Positions 35,230 through 43,058 of a DNA stretch of 48,586 nt are shown here, one piece after another (the first letter of the stretch is position 1; every line of letters begins with the position of its first letter). The notes below the pieces were generated by a model. That model searched no databases. It saw only the letters and a list, made by a program, of their open reading frames with translations, and was not told the origin of the DNA. The position numbers were made by a program, and so were the translations under genes. Origin of the DNA: an uncultured Anaerolineaceae bacterium (GTDB taxonomy: Bacteria > Chloroflexota > Anaerolineae > Anaerolineales > DRMV01); NCBI GenBank assembly GCA_964474015.1, contig CAYYRG010000001.1, forward strand, positions 1 to 48,586. The letters are read 5' to 3'.

Positions 35230-36360
35230 ATGCGAATTTTGGTGCTTGTTCACGAATACCCGCCGGTGGGGGGCGGGGGCGGCAAAGTGGCGCAGGATGT
35301 CGCCCGCGGGTTAGTCCAGCGCGGGCACGAGGTGCGCGTGCTCACGGCCCATCACGGCAGCCTGCCCCGCCGCGAGACCGACGGGGGTGTGGAAGTCTTT
35401 CGACTGCGGTCATGCCGCCGGGAAGCCTTCCGCGCTGACCTGCGGGCGATGGGATGCTACGTGGCCGCTGCGGTGGCGGCAGGGGCGCGCATGGCCCGGC
35501 GCTGGAAGCCCGATGTCGTTCATGCGCATTTTGCCGTCCCCGCGGGCGCGGCAGCATGGGGGCTCGCCCGGCTGACCGGCGTGCCGTATGTGCTCACCGC
35601 GCACCTTGGCGATGTGCCCGGCGGTGCGCCAGAAAAGACCAGCCGCTGGTTCCGCTGGCTTGGCCCGTTCATCCGTCCCATCTGGCAAGGGGCGGCTCAA
35701 ATCAGCGCGGTGAGCGAGTTCACCCGCCGCCTGGCCCAGGGGCACTATCCGGTGAACATTCGGGTGATTCCCAACGGCGTGGAAGTCGAAGCCCTGCGCC
35801 CCCGCGAGTTCCGCCTGCACCAGCCGCCTCACATTCTTTTCGCCGGGCGCTTTATGCCGCAGAAAAACCCGCACCAGGTAGTGCGCGTGTTGAGCCGCCT
35901 GCGTGACCTGCCGTGGCGCTGTACCATGTTGGGCGACGGCCCTTTGCGCGCCGAAGTGGAAGCCGCCGTGCAGGCCGAGGGCCTGGCTGCGCGCTTTGCC
36001 TTCCCGGGGTGGGTCACCCCGCAACAGGTGCTGGCGCGTTTCGACGAAGGCGACATTTTGTTCATGCCTTCCCGCAGCGAAGGGCTGCCTGTGGTGGGGG
36101 TACAGGCGTTAGCCAAGGGGCTGGCCATCGTCGCGGGGGCGGTGGGCGGCTTCCTGGATGTGGTGGCTGATGGAGAAAACGGCTTTCTCATCCTGCCCGA
36201 CGACACCGAGGCAGCCGAGGCAGCCTTGCGCCGTTTACTCACCCAGCCGGAGCGTTTGCGCGCTTTCCGGGAAGCCAGCCTGCAGCGGGCTCGCCGCTTT
36301 GACCTTGCTGCCGTGGTCGCGGCTTATGAAAACATGCTGACCCAAGCCATACTGCTGTGA
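35230..36360 (+). CDS. GT4-family (GT-B fold) glycosyltransferase
   Basis: N-terminal EYPPVGGGGGK and an E-x7-E region (SEGLPVVGVQALAKG). Confidence 0.88.
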   Translation: MRILVLVHEYPPVGGGGGKVAQDVARGLVQRGHEVRVLTAHHGSLPRRETDGGVEVFRLRSCRREAFRADLRAMGCYVAAAVAAGARMARRWKPDVVHAHFAVPAGAAAWGLARLTGVPYVLTAHLGDVPGGAPEKTSRWFRWLGPFIRPIWQGAAQISAVSEFTRRLAQGHYPVNIRVIPNGVEVEALRPREFRLHQPPHILFAGRFMPQKNPHQVVRVLSRLRDLPWRCTMLGDGPLRAEVEAAVQAEGLAARFAFPGWVTPQQVLARFDEGDILFMPSRSEGLPVVGVQALAKGLAIVAGAVGGFLDVVADGENGFLILPDDTEAAEAALRRLLTQPERLRAFREASLQRARRFDLAAVVAAYENMLTQAILL

Positions 36361-37385
36361 GGAGAACCTTGCGCCTGAGTTTCAATTTTCACGACATTGT
36401 TGCCCTGGAAATCGACGCCGATGAGGCGTCGGCGGCGTTCTTTCAGGCCGAATACCGCCCTTATCTTGGGGCTTCCTCTCTGCCCGGCACGCCGCGGGTG
36501 CGCCTCATGGTGCAACGCGGCGCCCCCCGCACGGCTCCAGCCCCCTGGACGCGTTGGACGCACAAATTTTTAGCCCGCTGGGCTTACCGCATTCGGCTGG
36601 GTGAAGACGAGGTGCTCATCGAGGCCGTGGGCAATCGCTGGGCGATTCCGATGGTGCATCACATGTTAGTGCACCCTTCCTTGCGCTATCTGGCCGCGCA
36701 TCGCGGGGTGCTGATGCTGCACGCCGGTGCAGTGGCCTTCAATGGCCGCAGCCTGTTGTTTACCGGCCACGGCGGGGTTGGGAAGACCACGACCGTCTCG
36801 GCTTTGTTAGCCGATGACGGGGCAGGCCTTGCCCTCCACGCCGACGACTATGTGTTCGTAACGCCCCAGGGGGAGACTTTTTCTTACCTCACGCGCGCCC
36901 ATCTTTATCAACCGTTGCTTTCGTGGGTGCCTGTGCTGCGGGCGCGGCTAACGGTTGAAGAACGCATTCGCCTGCGTGTGCTGGGCGCTATCCGCCGTTG
37001 GAGCCGGGATCGCATCAAATGGCCTGTGCGCATGGCGCAGGATCGGCTATGGCCCGAGGTGCCCCATGCCCGGCAGGCCCACCTCGCCGCGGTGGTGTGG
37101 CTGGCGCGGGGGCAGGGCCCTCGCGCGACCCTGGCCCCCTTTACCCCCACCATGCAAGACCGGCAAGATTTGTTAGCCATGAACTTTTATGAAGCCAGAC
37201 ACTTCATCGCTTTGCTGGAAGCCCAGGAGAGCAAAGCCAAAGCGGACATTGCTGTCTGGCGAGAGCGTGAGGCGGCATTGCTCAAACAGCTGCTCGACGG
37301 CGCGCCTTCTTACCGCCTGGCGTTGCCGCGTGAGGGGCGCGATTTGTCATTCTTGCCCGCGCTGAAGCAATTGGTGAGCCCATGA
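36357..37385 (+). CDS. HPr-kinase-like P-loop protein (HprK C-terminal-domain related)
   Basis: LHAGAVAFNGRSLLFTGHGGVGKTTTVSALLADDGAGLALHADDYVFV parallels the HprK catalytic core (HG..V...G.GVLI.G.SG.GKSE.AL.L...GH.LV.DD). GTGA overlap with GT4 and ATGA overlap with the downstream gene. Confidence 0.7.
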   Translation: MRRTLRLSFNFHDIVALEIDADEASAAFFQAEYRPYLGASSLPGTPRVRLMVQRGAPRTAPAPWTRWTHKFLARWAYRIRLGEDEVLIEAVGNRWAIPMVHHMLVHPSLRYLAAHRGVLMLHAGAVAFNGRSLLFTGHGGVGKTTTVSALLADDGAGLALHADDYVFVTPQGETFSYLTRAHLYQPLLSWVPVLRARLTVEERIRLRVLGAIRRWSRDRIKWPVRMAQDRLWPEVPHARQAHLAAVVWLARGQGPRATLAPFTPTMQDRQDLLAMNFYEARHFIALLEAQESKAKADIAVWREREAALLKQLLDGAPSYRLALPREGRDLSFLPALKQLVSP

Positions 37386-38293
37386 AACATTACGCTGCCT
37401 GGGGCAAAACCGCTGGCACGGTGGTTTCACTGCTTTTGCTGCTCTGGCTGCTGAGTCAGCAACCCTGGGCCACGTTGTGGGCCGCCATACGGAGGCTTTC
37501 CCTGCCGGCCCTGGTTGGGGCATGGATGCTCTATGGCGCGGGGATGGTGATTAATGCCTGGCGATGGCACATACTCTTGCGCGGCGTCGATCTTCCGGTT
37601 TCATGGTGGAAAGCAGTACGCCTGACCTTTGCCGGCGCTTTTGCTTCCAACTTTCTGCCTTCGACCATCGGCGGCGACGCTTTACGCGTCACCGGCATTT
37701 TAGACGCCGCCGACGCCGAAAAAGCGTTAGCCTCAGTCGTTGTCGACCGCGCCCTCAATGTGGTGGCAATGTATAGTTTCCTGCCGCTGACATGGCGAAC
37801 TTACGGCGCGTTCCTGCCCGCTTTGGGACGCTTCAACGGCGCTGCTCCCGCTGGCGCGATGGCATGGGTGGGAGAAAATAAGCGGGTGAGGGCGTGGTTG
37901 GTGCGCTTTCGTCAGGCGCTGGCGATGTGGGGACGGACGCCCCGCACCCTGGCAGCAGGTCTGGCCATTGCATGGCTTTCGCTTGTCCCCCCCTTTACAG
38001 CAACCTGGCTGCTGGCAGTGGCGCTGGGCATTCCCGTGGCGTGGTATCAGGTTGCCGGGGCTACAGTGCTTTCGTATACGGCGGCCTTGTTGCCCGTGTC
38101 GCTCAACGGCTACGGGGTGCGGGAAGTCACCATTGTAGGGCTATACACTGCGTTGGGGGCAACCAGCGGCCAGGCGCTGACCCTCGCGGTAGCCACACGT
38201 TTTCTGATGATGCTGGTCACGCTCATTGGCGCGCCGTGGGTGAGCAATGCAATCCCCGGAAAGCATCCTCCTGAAAATGACAGCGGGGACTAA
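37382..38293 (+). CDS. Flippase-like / LPG-synthase-TM (UPF0104) family membrane protein
   Basis: About 8 TM helices and the family motif FAGAFASNFLPSTIGGDALRV. Confidence 0.82.
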   Translation: MKHYAAWGKTAGTVVSLLLLLWLLSQQPWATLWAAIRRLSLPALVGAWMLYGAGMVINAWRWHILLRGVDLPVSWWKAVRLTFAGAFASNFLPSTIGGDALRVTGILDAADAEKALASVVVDRALNVVAMYSFLPLTWRTYGAFLPALGRFNGAAPAGAMAWVGENKRVRAWLVRFRQALAMWGRTPRTLAAGLAIAWLSLVPPFTATWLLAVALGIPVAWYQVAGATVLSYTAALLPVSLNGYGVREVTIVGLYTALGATSGQALTLAVATRFLMMLVTLIGAPWVSNAIPGKHPPENDSGD

Positions 38294-38360
38294 GAATCAC
38301 CGCAGATGCCAGGCAACATCGCCTTCCAGGGGAAGACGTGAGACCGTTCAGCCCTTGGGG

Positions 38361-38610
38361 GGCGCATGAAAGGTTCAGGAGTTACCCGGTTCCCCCGGTG
38401 CATGTCACCGCGAGGCGGGCTGAGCGGCGTCAAAGCCCGCCGAAGCGCCTGGGCTGAGCGTAGCCGAAGCGCCCGGGCTGAGCCGCAGACGAAGTCGTCT
38501 CCCGCACGGGGTAGGAGGTTGCTTCGCCGCACCGCGGCTCGCAATGACATCAGATAGACGGTCTTGCAAGGCCACTGTGTCCCCCAAAAACGCCCCAACG
38601 CCTGTCCTGA
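38361..38610 (-). repeat. Intergenic repeat family, copy B (reverse orientation)
   Basis: The reverse complement of 38490-38610 matches the copy A core. The variable arm contains an internal 24-nt-period direct duplication, gccgaagcgccYgggctgagc, at 38439-38460 and 38463-38484. Confidence 0.7.
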
Positions 38611-38624
38611 CCTCAAATTTTTCC

Positions 38625-38652
38625 TTGACACTTTGCCCACTTGTGATACAAT
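38625..38652 (+). promoter_or_regulatory. Strong sigma70 promoter of the GntR-SPFH-SdpI-like operon
   Basis: TTGACA (38625-38630), 16-nt spacer, extended -10 TGaTACAAT (38644-38652). Confidence 0.65.
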
Positions 38653-38676
38653 GATACAAAGATACTTTGATACTTT
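38645..38676 (+). repeat. Four tandem 8-nt GATACWWW units overlapping the -10 box and predicted start site
   Basis: GATACAAT GATACAAA GATACTTT GATACTTT, starting at 38645, 38653, 38661 and 38669. Confidence 0.8.
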
Positions 38677-38696
38677 CGGCCAGAAAGGAGCGGTTT

Positions 38697-39104
38697 GTGT
38701 CAGCGCCCTTGCGTCGCCTGCCGCTGGAGATCGATTTCCGCCAGCGCCTCCCCATCACAGAGCAGATTCGCAACCAGATTCGCGTGCTCATCAGCCGCGG
38801 CGTGCTGCGGCCAGGCGACCAGTTGCCCACGGTGCGCCAATTGGCCGCCGATTTGCGCATCAATTTCAATACCGTGGCGCGGGCCTACCGTTTGCTGGAA
38901 GAAGACGGGTTGATTTCAGTACAACACGGGCGAGGCACTTTTGTGCTGGCGCCCGCTTCGCCCCAGGCTGAGGCTTCCCTCAAGCGCGAGACTCTGCGGC
39001 TGCTGGCGCGCCAACTGGCAGCCCAGGCGCGCGAGATGGGATTTACCCCGGATGAGGTGGTAGCCGCCCTGCGGCGCGCCTGGCAGGAAGACGAACCGCC
39101 GTGA
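38697..39104 (+). CDS. GntR-family transcriptional regulator (short, YtrA-like)
   Basis: PGDQLPTVRQLAADLRINFNTVARAYRLLEEDGLISVQHGRGTFV and a short C-terminal helical tail. GTG 38697 has AAAGGAG 6 nt upstream. The ORF-track TTG at 38667 lies too close to the predicted transcription start site and lacks an RBS. Confidence 0.88.
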   Translation: MSAPLRRLPLEIDFRQRLPITEQIRNQIRVLISRGVLRPGDQLPTVRQLAADLRINFNTVARAYRLLEEDGLISVQHGRGTFVLAPASPQAEASLKRETLRLLARQLAAQAREMGFTPDEVVAALRRAWQEDEPP

Positions 39105-39176
39105 TACCCTCCTGGCCTGACCATGTCCAGACGTCCGTTGTCACGCGATTCACTTCTCTTCCTGTGGAGGTTCATC

Positions 39177-40178
39177 ATGCCTAAAAAGTTCATGTCATCC
39201 AAAGCCAAAGCGGCTAACCCTTCGCACATTGCACCGGTGGCGCTGCTGGCCTTCTTCGTGCTGGAAAGCATTGCCGTCGGCGGGGCATTGTGGCTACAAC
39301 CCCATGATGGCGACACGGTGGCTGGCATTTGGGTGGGCTTCTTCACCGCCGCCGCCCTTTACATCTTGTTTTCCTGGCACATTGCCAATCAGTGGGAAAA
39401 AGCCGTGGTGTTGCGCCTGGGCAGGTTCCGCGGTCTGTATGGGCCGGGGCTGTTCTGGATTGTGCCCGTGGTGGACACGATTGCCACCTGGATTGACCAG
39501 CGCGTGATGGTCACACCGTTTCGGGCCGAAAAAACGCTCACCAAAGACACCGTGCCGGTGGATGTGGATGCGGTGTTGTTTTGGATGGTCTTCGATGCCG
39601 AAAAGGCAGCGCTGGAAGTGGAAGATTACCAGGCCGCGGTTTCGTGGGCCGCGCAAACTGCGTTACGGGAAATCATCGGCCAAAAGGAACTGGCCGAAAT
39701 TCTCACCGGGCGCGCCGCGATGGACGAGGAATTGCAACGCATCATCGATGAGCGCACCACGCCGTGGGGTGTAAGCGTGCAGTCAGTGGAAATCCGCGAC
39801 ATTGTGATCCCGCCCAATTTGGAAGAAGCCATGAGCCGCCGCGCCCAGGCCGAGCGCGAGCGCCAGGCACGGGTGATTTTGGGGCAGTCGGAAGTGGAGA
39901 TTGCCGAGAGCTTTTCCGAAGCCGCGAAAGCCTATGCCGAGAACCCGACCGCGCTTCACCTGCGGGCCATGAACATGTTGTTCGAAGGGTTGAAAGAGAA
40001 AGGCGCGCTGGTCATAGTACCCAGCAGCGCCGTTGAGACGATGAACCTGGGCGGGCTGAGCGGCCTGATTTCGCTAAGCGGCCAGCAGGCAACGATGCAG
40101 GAACCTCCCTCGGCAGCGGGAAATGCAGCCGGGGGCACGGCCTCTGCCGCCGAGGCGAGTCACCAGCCTGCGGGATAA
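39177..40178 (+). CDS. SPFH/Band 7 (stomatin-like) membrane protein
   Basis: N-terminal TM hairpin then the SPFH core (ANQWEKAVVLRLGRFRGLYGPGLFWIVPVVD...DVDAVLFWMV). ATG 39177 has GGAGG upstream. Confidence 0.9.
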   Translation: MPKKFMSSKAKAANPSHIAPVALLAFFVLESIAVGGALWLQPHDGDTVAGIWVGFFTAAALYILFSWHIANQWEKAVVLRLGRFRGLYGPGLFWIVPVVDTIATWIDQRVMVTPFRAEKTLTKDTVPVDVDAVLFWMVFDAEKAALEVEDYQAAVSWAAQTALREIIGQKELAEILTGRAAMDEELQRIIDERTTPWGVSVQSVEIRDIVIPPNLEEAMSRRAQAERERQARVILGQSEVEIAESFSEAAKAYAENPTALHLRAMNMLFEGLKEKGALVIVPSSAVETMNLGGLSGLISLSGQQATMQEPPSAAGNAAGGTASAAEASHQPAG

Positions 40179-40190
40179 CGCTTTTCCAAC

Positions 40191-40242
40191 GTTTCACGTG
40201 AAACCCGCGGGCAGCGTTCGCAAGCACTGTTTCATGTGAAAC
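40191..40242. promoter_or_regulatory. Twin 14-bp palindromes GTTTCAYGTGAAAC
   Basis: Perfect palindrome GTTTCACGTGAAAC (40191-40204) and near-copy GTTTCATGTGAAAC (40229-40242), 38 bp centre to centre. They sit in the 84-nt spacer before the SdpI-like gene. Confidence 0.6.
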
Positions 40243-40262
40243 ACTTTCGCAAGGAGGTTGCC

Positions 40263-40910
40263 ATGAGCAATAAAGCAGCACTTGGCTGGATGGCGGCAAT
40301 TTTGGCCGCAATGATTGCTGTCACGGCGGTGGCTTACCCCCATTTGCCCGCCGTGATGACGACCCATTGGGGCATCAATGGACAGCCCAACGGCACCATG
40401 TCCCGCTTTTTGGGGGCGTGGATGGTGCCTTTGCTGAGCATTGGCCTGGCGGCTTTGCTCTGGGTCGTGCCTGCCATCGATCCCCGCCGCCGAAACTACG
40501 CCGCGTTTCGTACGACTTACAATGCCTTCGTCGTCGGCATAGTGGCTTTTCTGGCCTATGTGGATTTCATCAGCCTGGCCTGGAACCTGGGCTATCGCCT
40601 CCCCATTGGGCGGGCGCTGGCACCAGCGTTAGGCGCGATCTTCGTGGCTTCGGGGTGGCTGATCCGTAAAGCCCGCCCGAATTGGTTTGTGGGCATTCGC
40701 ACCCCCTGGACGCTTTCCAGCCCTACGGTATGGGAGAAAACCCACCGGCTGGCCGCACCGGCTTTCATGGTTTCAGGCCTCGTTACTGCCCTGGGCGCAC
40801 TTTGGGAGCCGCTGATGTGGCTGGGCGTGGTCCTGGTGCTGGCGGCTGCCGTAGGTGTGGTGATTTATTCCTACCTTGCCTACGAGGCCGAACAAAAACA
40901 CAGCGAATAA
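40263..40910 (+). CDS. SdpI/YhfL-family (DUF1648 plus SdpI) membrane protein
   Basis: HWGINGQPNG (DUF1648-like) and PNWFVGIRTPWTLSS..VWEKTHR (SdpI-like), with multiple TM helices. ATG 40263 has AAGGAGG upstream. Confidence 0.82.
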   Translation: MSNKAALGWMAAILAAMIAVTAVAYPHLPAVMTTHWGINGQPNGTMSRFLGAWMVPLLSIGLAALLWVVPAIDPRRRNYAAFRTTYNAFVVGIVAFLAYVDFISLAWNLGYRLPIGRALAPALGAIFVASGWLIRKARPNWFVGIRTPWTLSSPTVWEKTHRLAAPAFMVSGLVTALGALWEPLMWLGVVLVLAAAVGVVIYSYLAYEAEQKHSE

Positions 40911-40939
40911 CTCCCCGCCAGCCTCAACTGCATTGCTTT

Positions 40940-40976
40940 GCCGCAAGGGCATTTTGGTTGCCCTTGCGGCTTTTTT
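40940..40976 (+). terminator. Rho-independent terminator after the SdpI-like gene
   Basis: gccgcaagggc / gcccttgcggc stem (11 bp), 9-nt loop, followed by tttttt. Confidence 0.85.
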
Positions 40977-41014
40977 GTGCTATCCTAACCCCTGCGTTTG
41001 CTTTGGAGGTAGCG

Positions 41015-41824
41015 ATGGAACCCCTTTTGATCCCCACGGCTGAACCGTTTTTCTTCCCCGGGAATCCCACGGCTTGCTTGTTGATTCACGGCTTCACGGC
41101 AACGCCGCGCGAAATGCGCGGCCTGGGTGAATATCTGCATCAGACTTACGGCTACACGGTGTTGGGCATCCGGCTGGCAGGGCATGCCACTACACCGGAA
41201 GACATGGCACACATGCGCTGGGAAGACTGGCTGGCCTCAGCCGAGGACGGCTGGCACTTACTGCGCAGCGCGGGGCACCAGCGCATTGCAGTGATTGGCC
41301 TCTCGATGGGCGGCGTTGTGGCCTTGCTGCTGGCGGCTTACAAACCGGTGATGGCAGTGGCGAGCATGGCCGCGCCCTATTCACTGGAAATCACCCCGCG
41401 CGAGCGGCTGCTGGGGCTGGTGCGGCCTTACTTTCCCAAAGGGGAGGGGAAGGTGTATGATCCGGAAGGTTTTCGTGGACGAGTGGCCTACCCGGTCAAC
41501 CCGGCCCGCAGCGCGCTGGAACTGGTCAAAATGCTGGGCGTGCTGCGGGAAGCCCTGCCCACGGTGAAGGCGCCGGCGCTGGTGCTGCATTCCCGCAACG
41601 ACCGCTATGTGCAGCCGGAAAACGCCGAACGCATCTACGCCGCTTTGGGAAGCCCCCGCAAGCAGCTGGTGTGGGTGGAGCGTAGCAGCCACGTGGTAAC
41701 CCTGGACGCGGCGCGAGAAGAGGTGTTTCGTGCCGTGGGACAGTTCGTGGCAGCAGCAGCACTGCAATCTGCGGGCGAGGAGACAGCCCCTCCCCCCAAA
41801 GCCGACGCCAGGGAGGACGCATGA
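41015..41824 (+). CDS. Alpha/beta hydrolase (carboxylesterase / monoacylglycerol-lipase-like)
   Basis: LLIHGFTATPREM and nucleophile elbow GLSMGG. ATG 41015 has GGAGG upstream. The ORF-track extension to 40682 overlaps the previous gene and its terminator. Confidence 0.88.
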   Translation: MEPLLIPTAEPFFFPGNPTACLLIHGFTATPREMRGLGEYLHQTYGYTVLGIRLAGHATTPEDMAHMRWEDWLASAEDGWHLLRSAGHQRIAVIGLSMGGVVALLLAAYKPVMAVASMAAPYSLEITPRERLLGLVRPYFPKGEGKVYDPEGFRGRVAYPVNPARSALELVKMLGVLREALPTVKAPALVLHSRNDRYVQPENAERIYAALGSPRKQLVWVERSSHVVTLDAAREEVFRAVGQFVAAAALQSAGEETAPPPKADAREDA

Positions 41825-42960
41825 ACCGCGACCTGCGCCTTTTGAGCGTTTCCCTCTTCATCTGGGGCATTGGCGAAGGGCTTTTCTTTTACTTTCAACC
41901 CCTGTATTTGCAGAAACTGGGGGCTTCTCCAGAAATCATTGGGGTCATTTTAGGTATTGGCGGCCTGGTGCTCAGCCTCTCCCACATTCCGGCAGGGGCA
42001 GCCGCCGACCGCTTTGGACGCCGCCCCGTGATGTGGGCTTCGTGGTTCACCGGCCTGGTGGCCGCGTGGACGATGGCGCTGGCGCGCTCGTTGCCCGTGT
42101 TTGCCGTGGGCGCGGTGCTTTACAACCTTTCGGCATTCGTGATTGCCCCGCTGAACAGTTACGTCACCGCGGCGCGGGGGCGCTGGAGCGTGCAGCGGGC
42201 GCTGACGATCACCTCGGCCTCGTTCAATGCCGGGGCAGTGCTGGGCTCGCTCGCGGGCGGGCAGGTCAGCCAACGGCTGGGGCTCTCGACCATTTATCAG
42301 GCGGCGGCGTTCATTTTCATGGTATCGGTCGCGGTGGTGCTTTTCATCCGCCCGCAGCCGGTTGTGGCTTCTGACCCTGCCGAAAAGGCTGCCAACGGGC
42401 GGCGCTTCTCGCCACGGTTTTGGGCATTCATGGGGTTTGTGTTCGTGGTGATGTTAGTGCTTTACCTGCCGCAGCCGCTGGCGCCCAATTTCCTTCGCGA
42501 TGTGCGCCACGTTTCCCTGGGCGATATTGGCACTTTAGGCGCGCTGGCTCGCGGCGGGATGGTGGTCATCAGCCTGGTGCTGGGCAGTTTCGGCGCGTGG
42601 GAAGGCTTTTTACTGGCGCAGGTTTCGGGGGGGCTGTTTGCGTTGTTAATCTGGAAGGGCAGCAGCATGTGGATGTATAGCGCGGCCTACTTCTTCGCAG
42701 GCGGTTATTGGGCCTCAAAGGCCATGGCCGCGGCAGAGGTACGCAGCATGGTGAGCGAAGCCGCGATGGGGCTGGCATACGGCCTCAACGAAACCATGGG
42801 GGGGCTGGCGGTGTTCCTGGCCTCTACCCTGGCAGGGTGGATGTACGCCCGCTCGCCGGAAAGCGCCTTCCGCTGGGCAGTGTGGCTGCTACCGCTGTTG
42901 CTTCTGGGGAACTTACCCTTTCATCCTCACTGGCGCAAACCTGAAATTTCCCAAAACTAA
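41821..42960 (+). CDS. MFS transporter
   Basis: 12 predicted TM helices and the loop 2-3 motif AADRFGRRP. ATGA overlap with the hydrolase stop. Confidence 0.88.
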   Translation: MNRDLRLLSVSLFIWGIGEGLFFYFQPLYLQKLGASPEIIGVILGIGGLVLSLSHIPAGAAADRFGRRPVMWASWFTGLVAAWTMALARSLPVFAVGAVLYNLSAFVIAPLNSYVTAARGRWSVQRALTITSASFNAGAVLGSLAGGQVSQRLGLSTIYQAAAFIFMVSVAVVLFIRPQPVVASDPAEKAANGRRFSPRFWAFMGFVFVVMLVLYLPQPLAPNFLRDVRHVSLGDIGTLGALARGGMVVISLVLGSFGAWEGFLLAQVSGGLFALLIWKGSSMWMYSAAYFFAGGYWASKAMAAAEVRSMVSEAAMGLAYGLNETMGGLAVFLASTLAGWMYARSPESAFRWAVWLLPLLLLGNLPFHPHWRKPEISQN

Positions 42961-42992
42961 CTGCAAAACTTGTACTATTTGAGCAAAAAGAA

Positions 42993-43032
42993 CGGCCTCC
43001 CTTGTGGTTTTAGCAAAAAACAAGGGAGGCCG
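42993..43032. terminator. Terminator hairpin between convergent genes
   Basis: 12-bp stem cggcctcccttg / caagggaggccg with a 16-nt loop. It is A-rich on the 5' side and T-rich on the minus-strand 3' side (ttcttttt). Confidence 0.7.
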
Positions 43033-43058
43033 CGGGCTTCTCGCGCAGAAGCGCAGGG

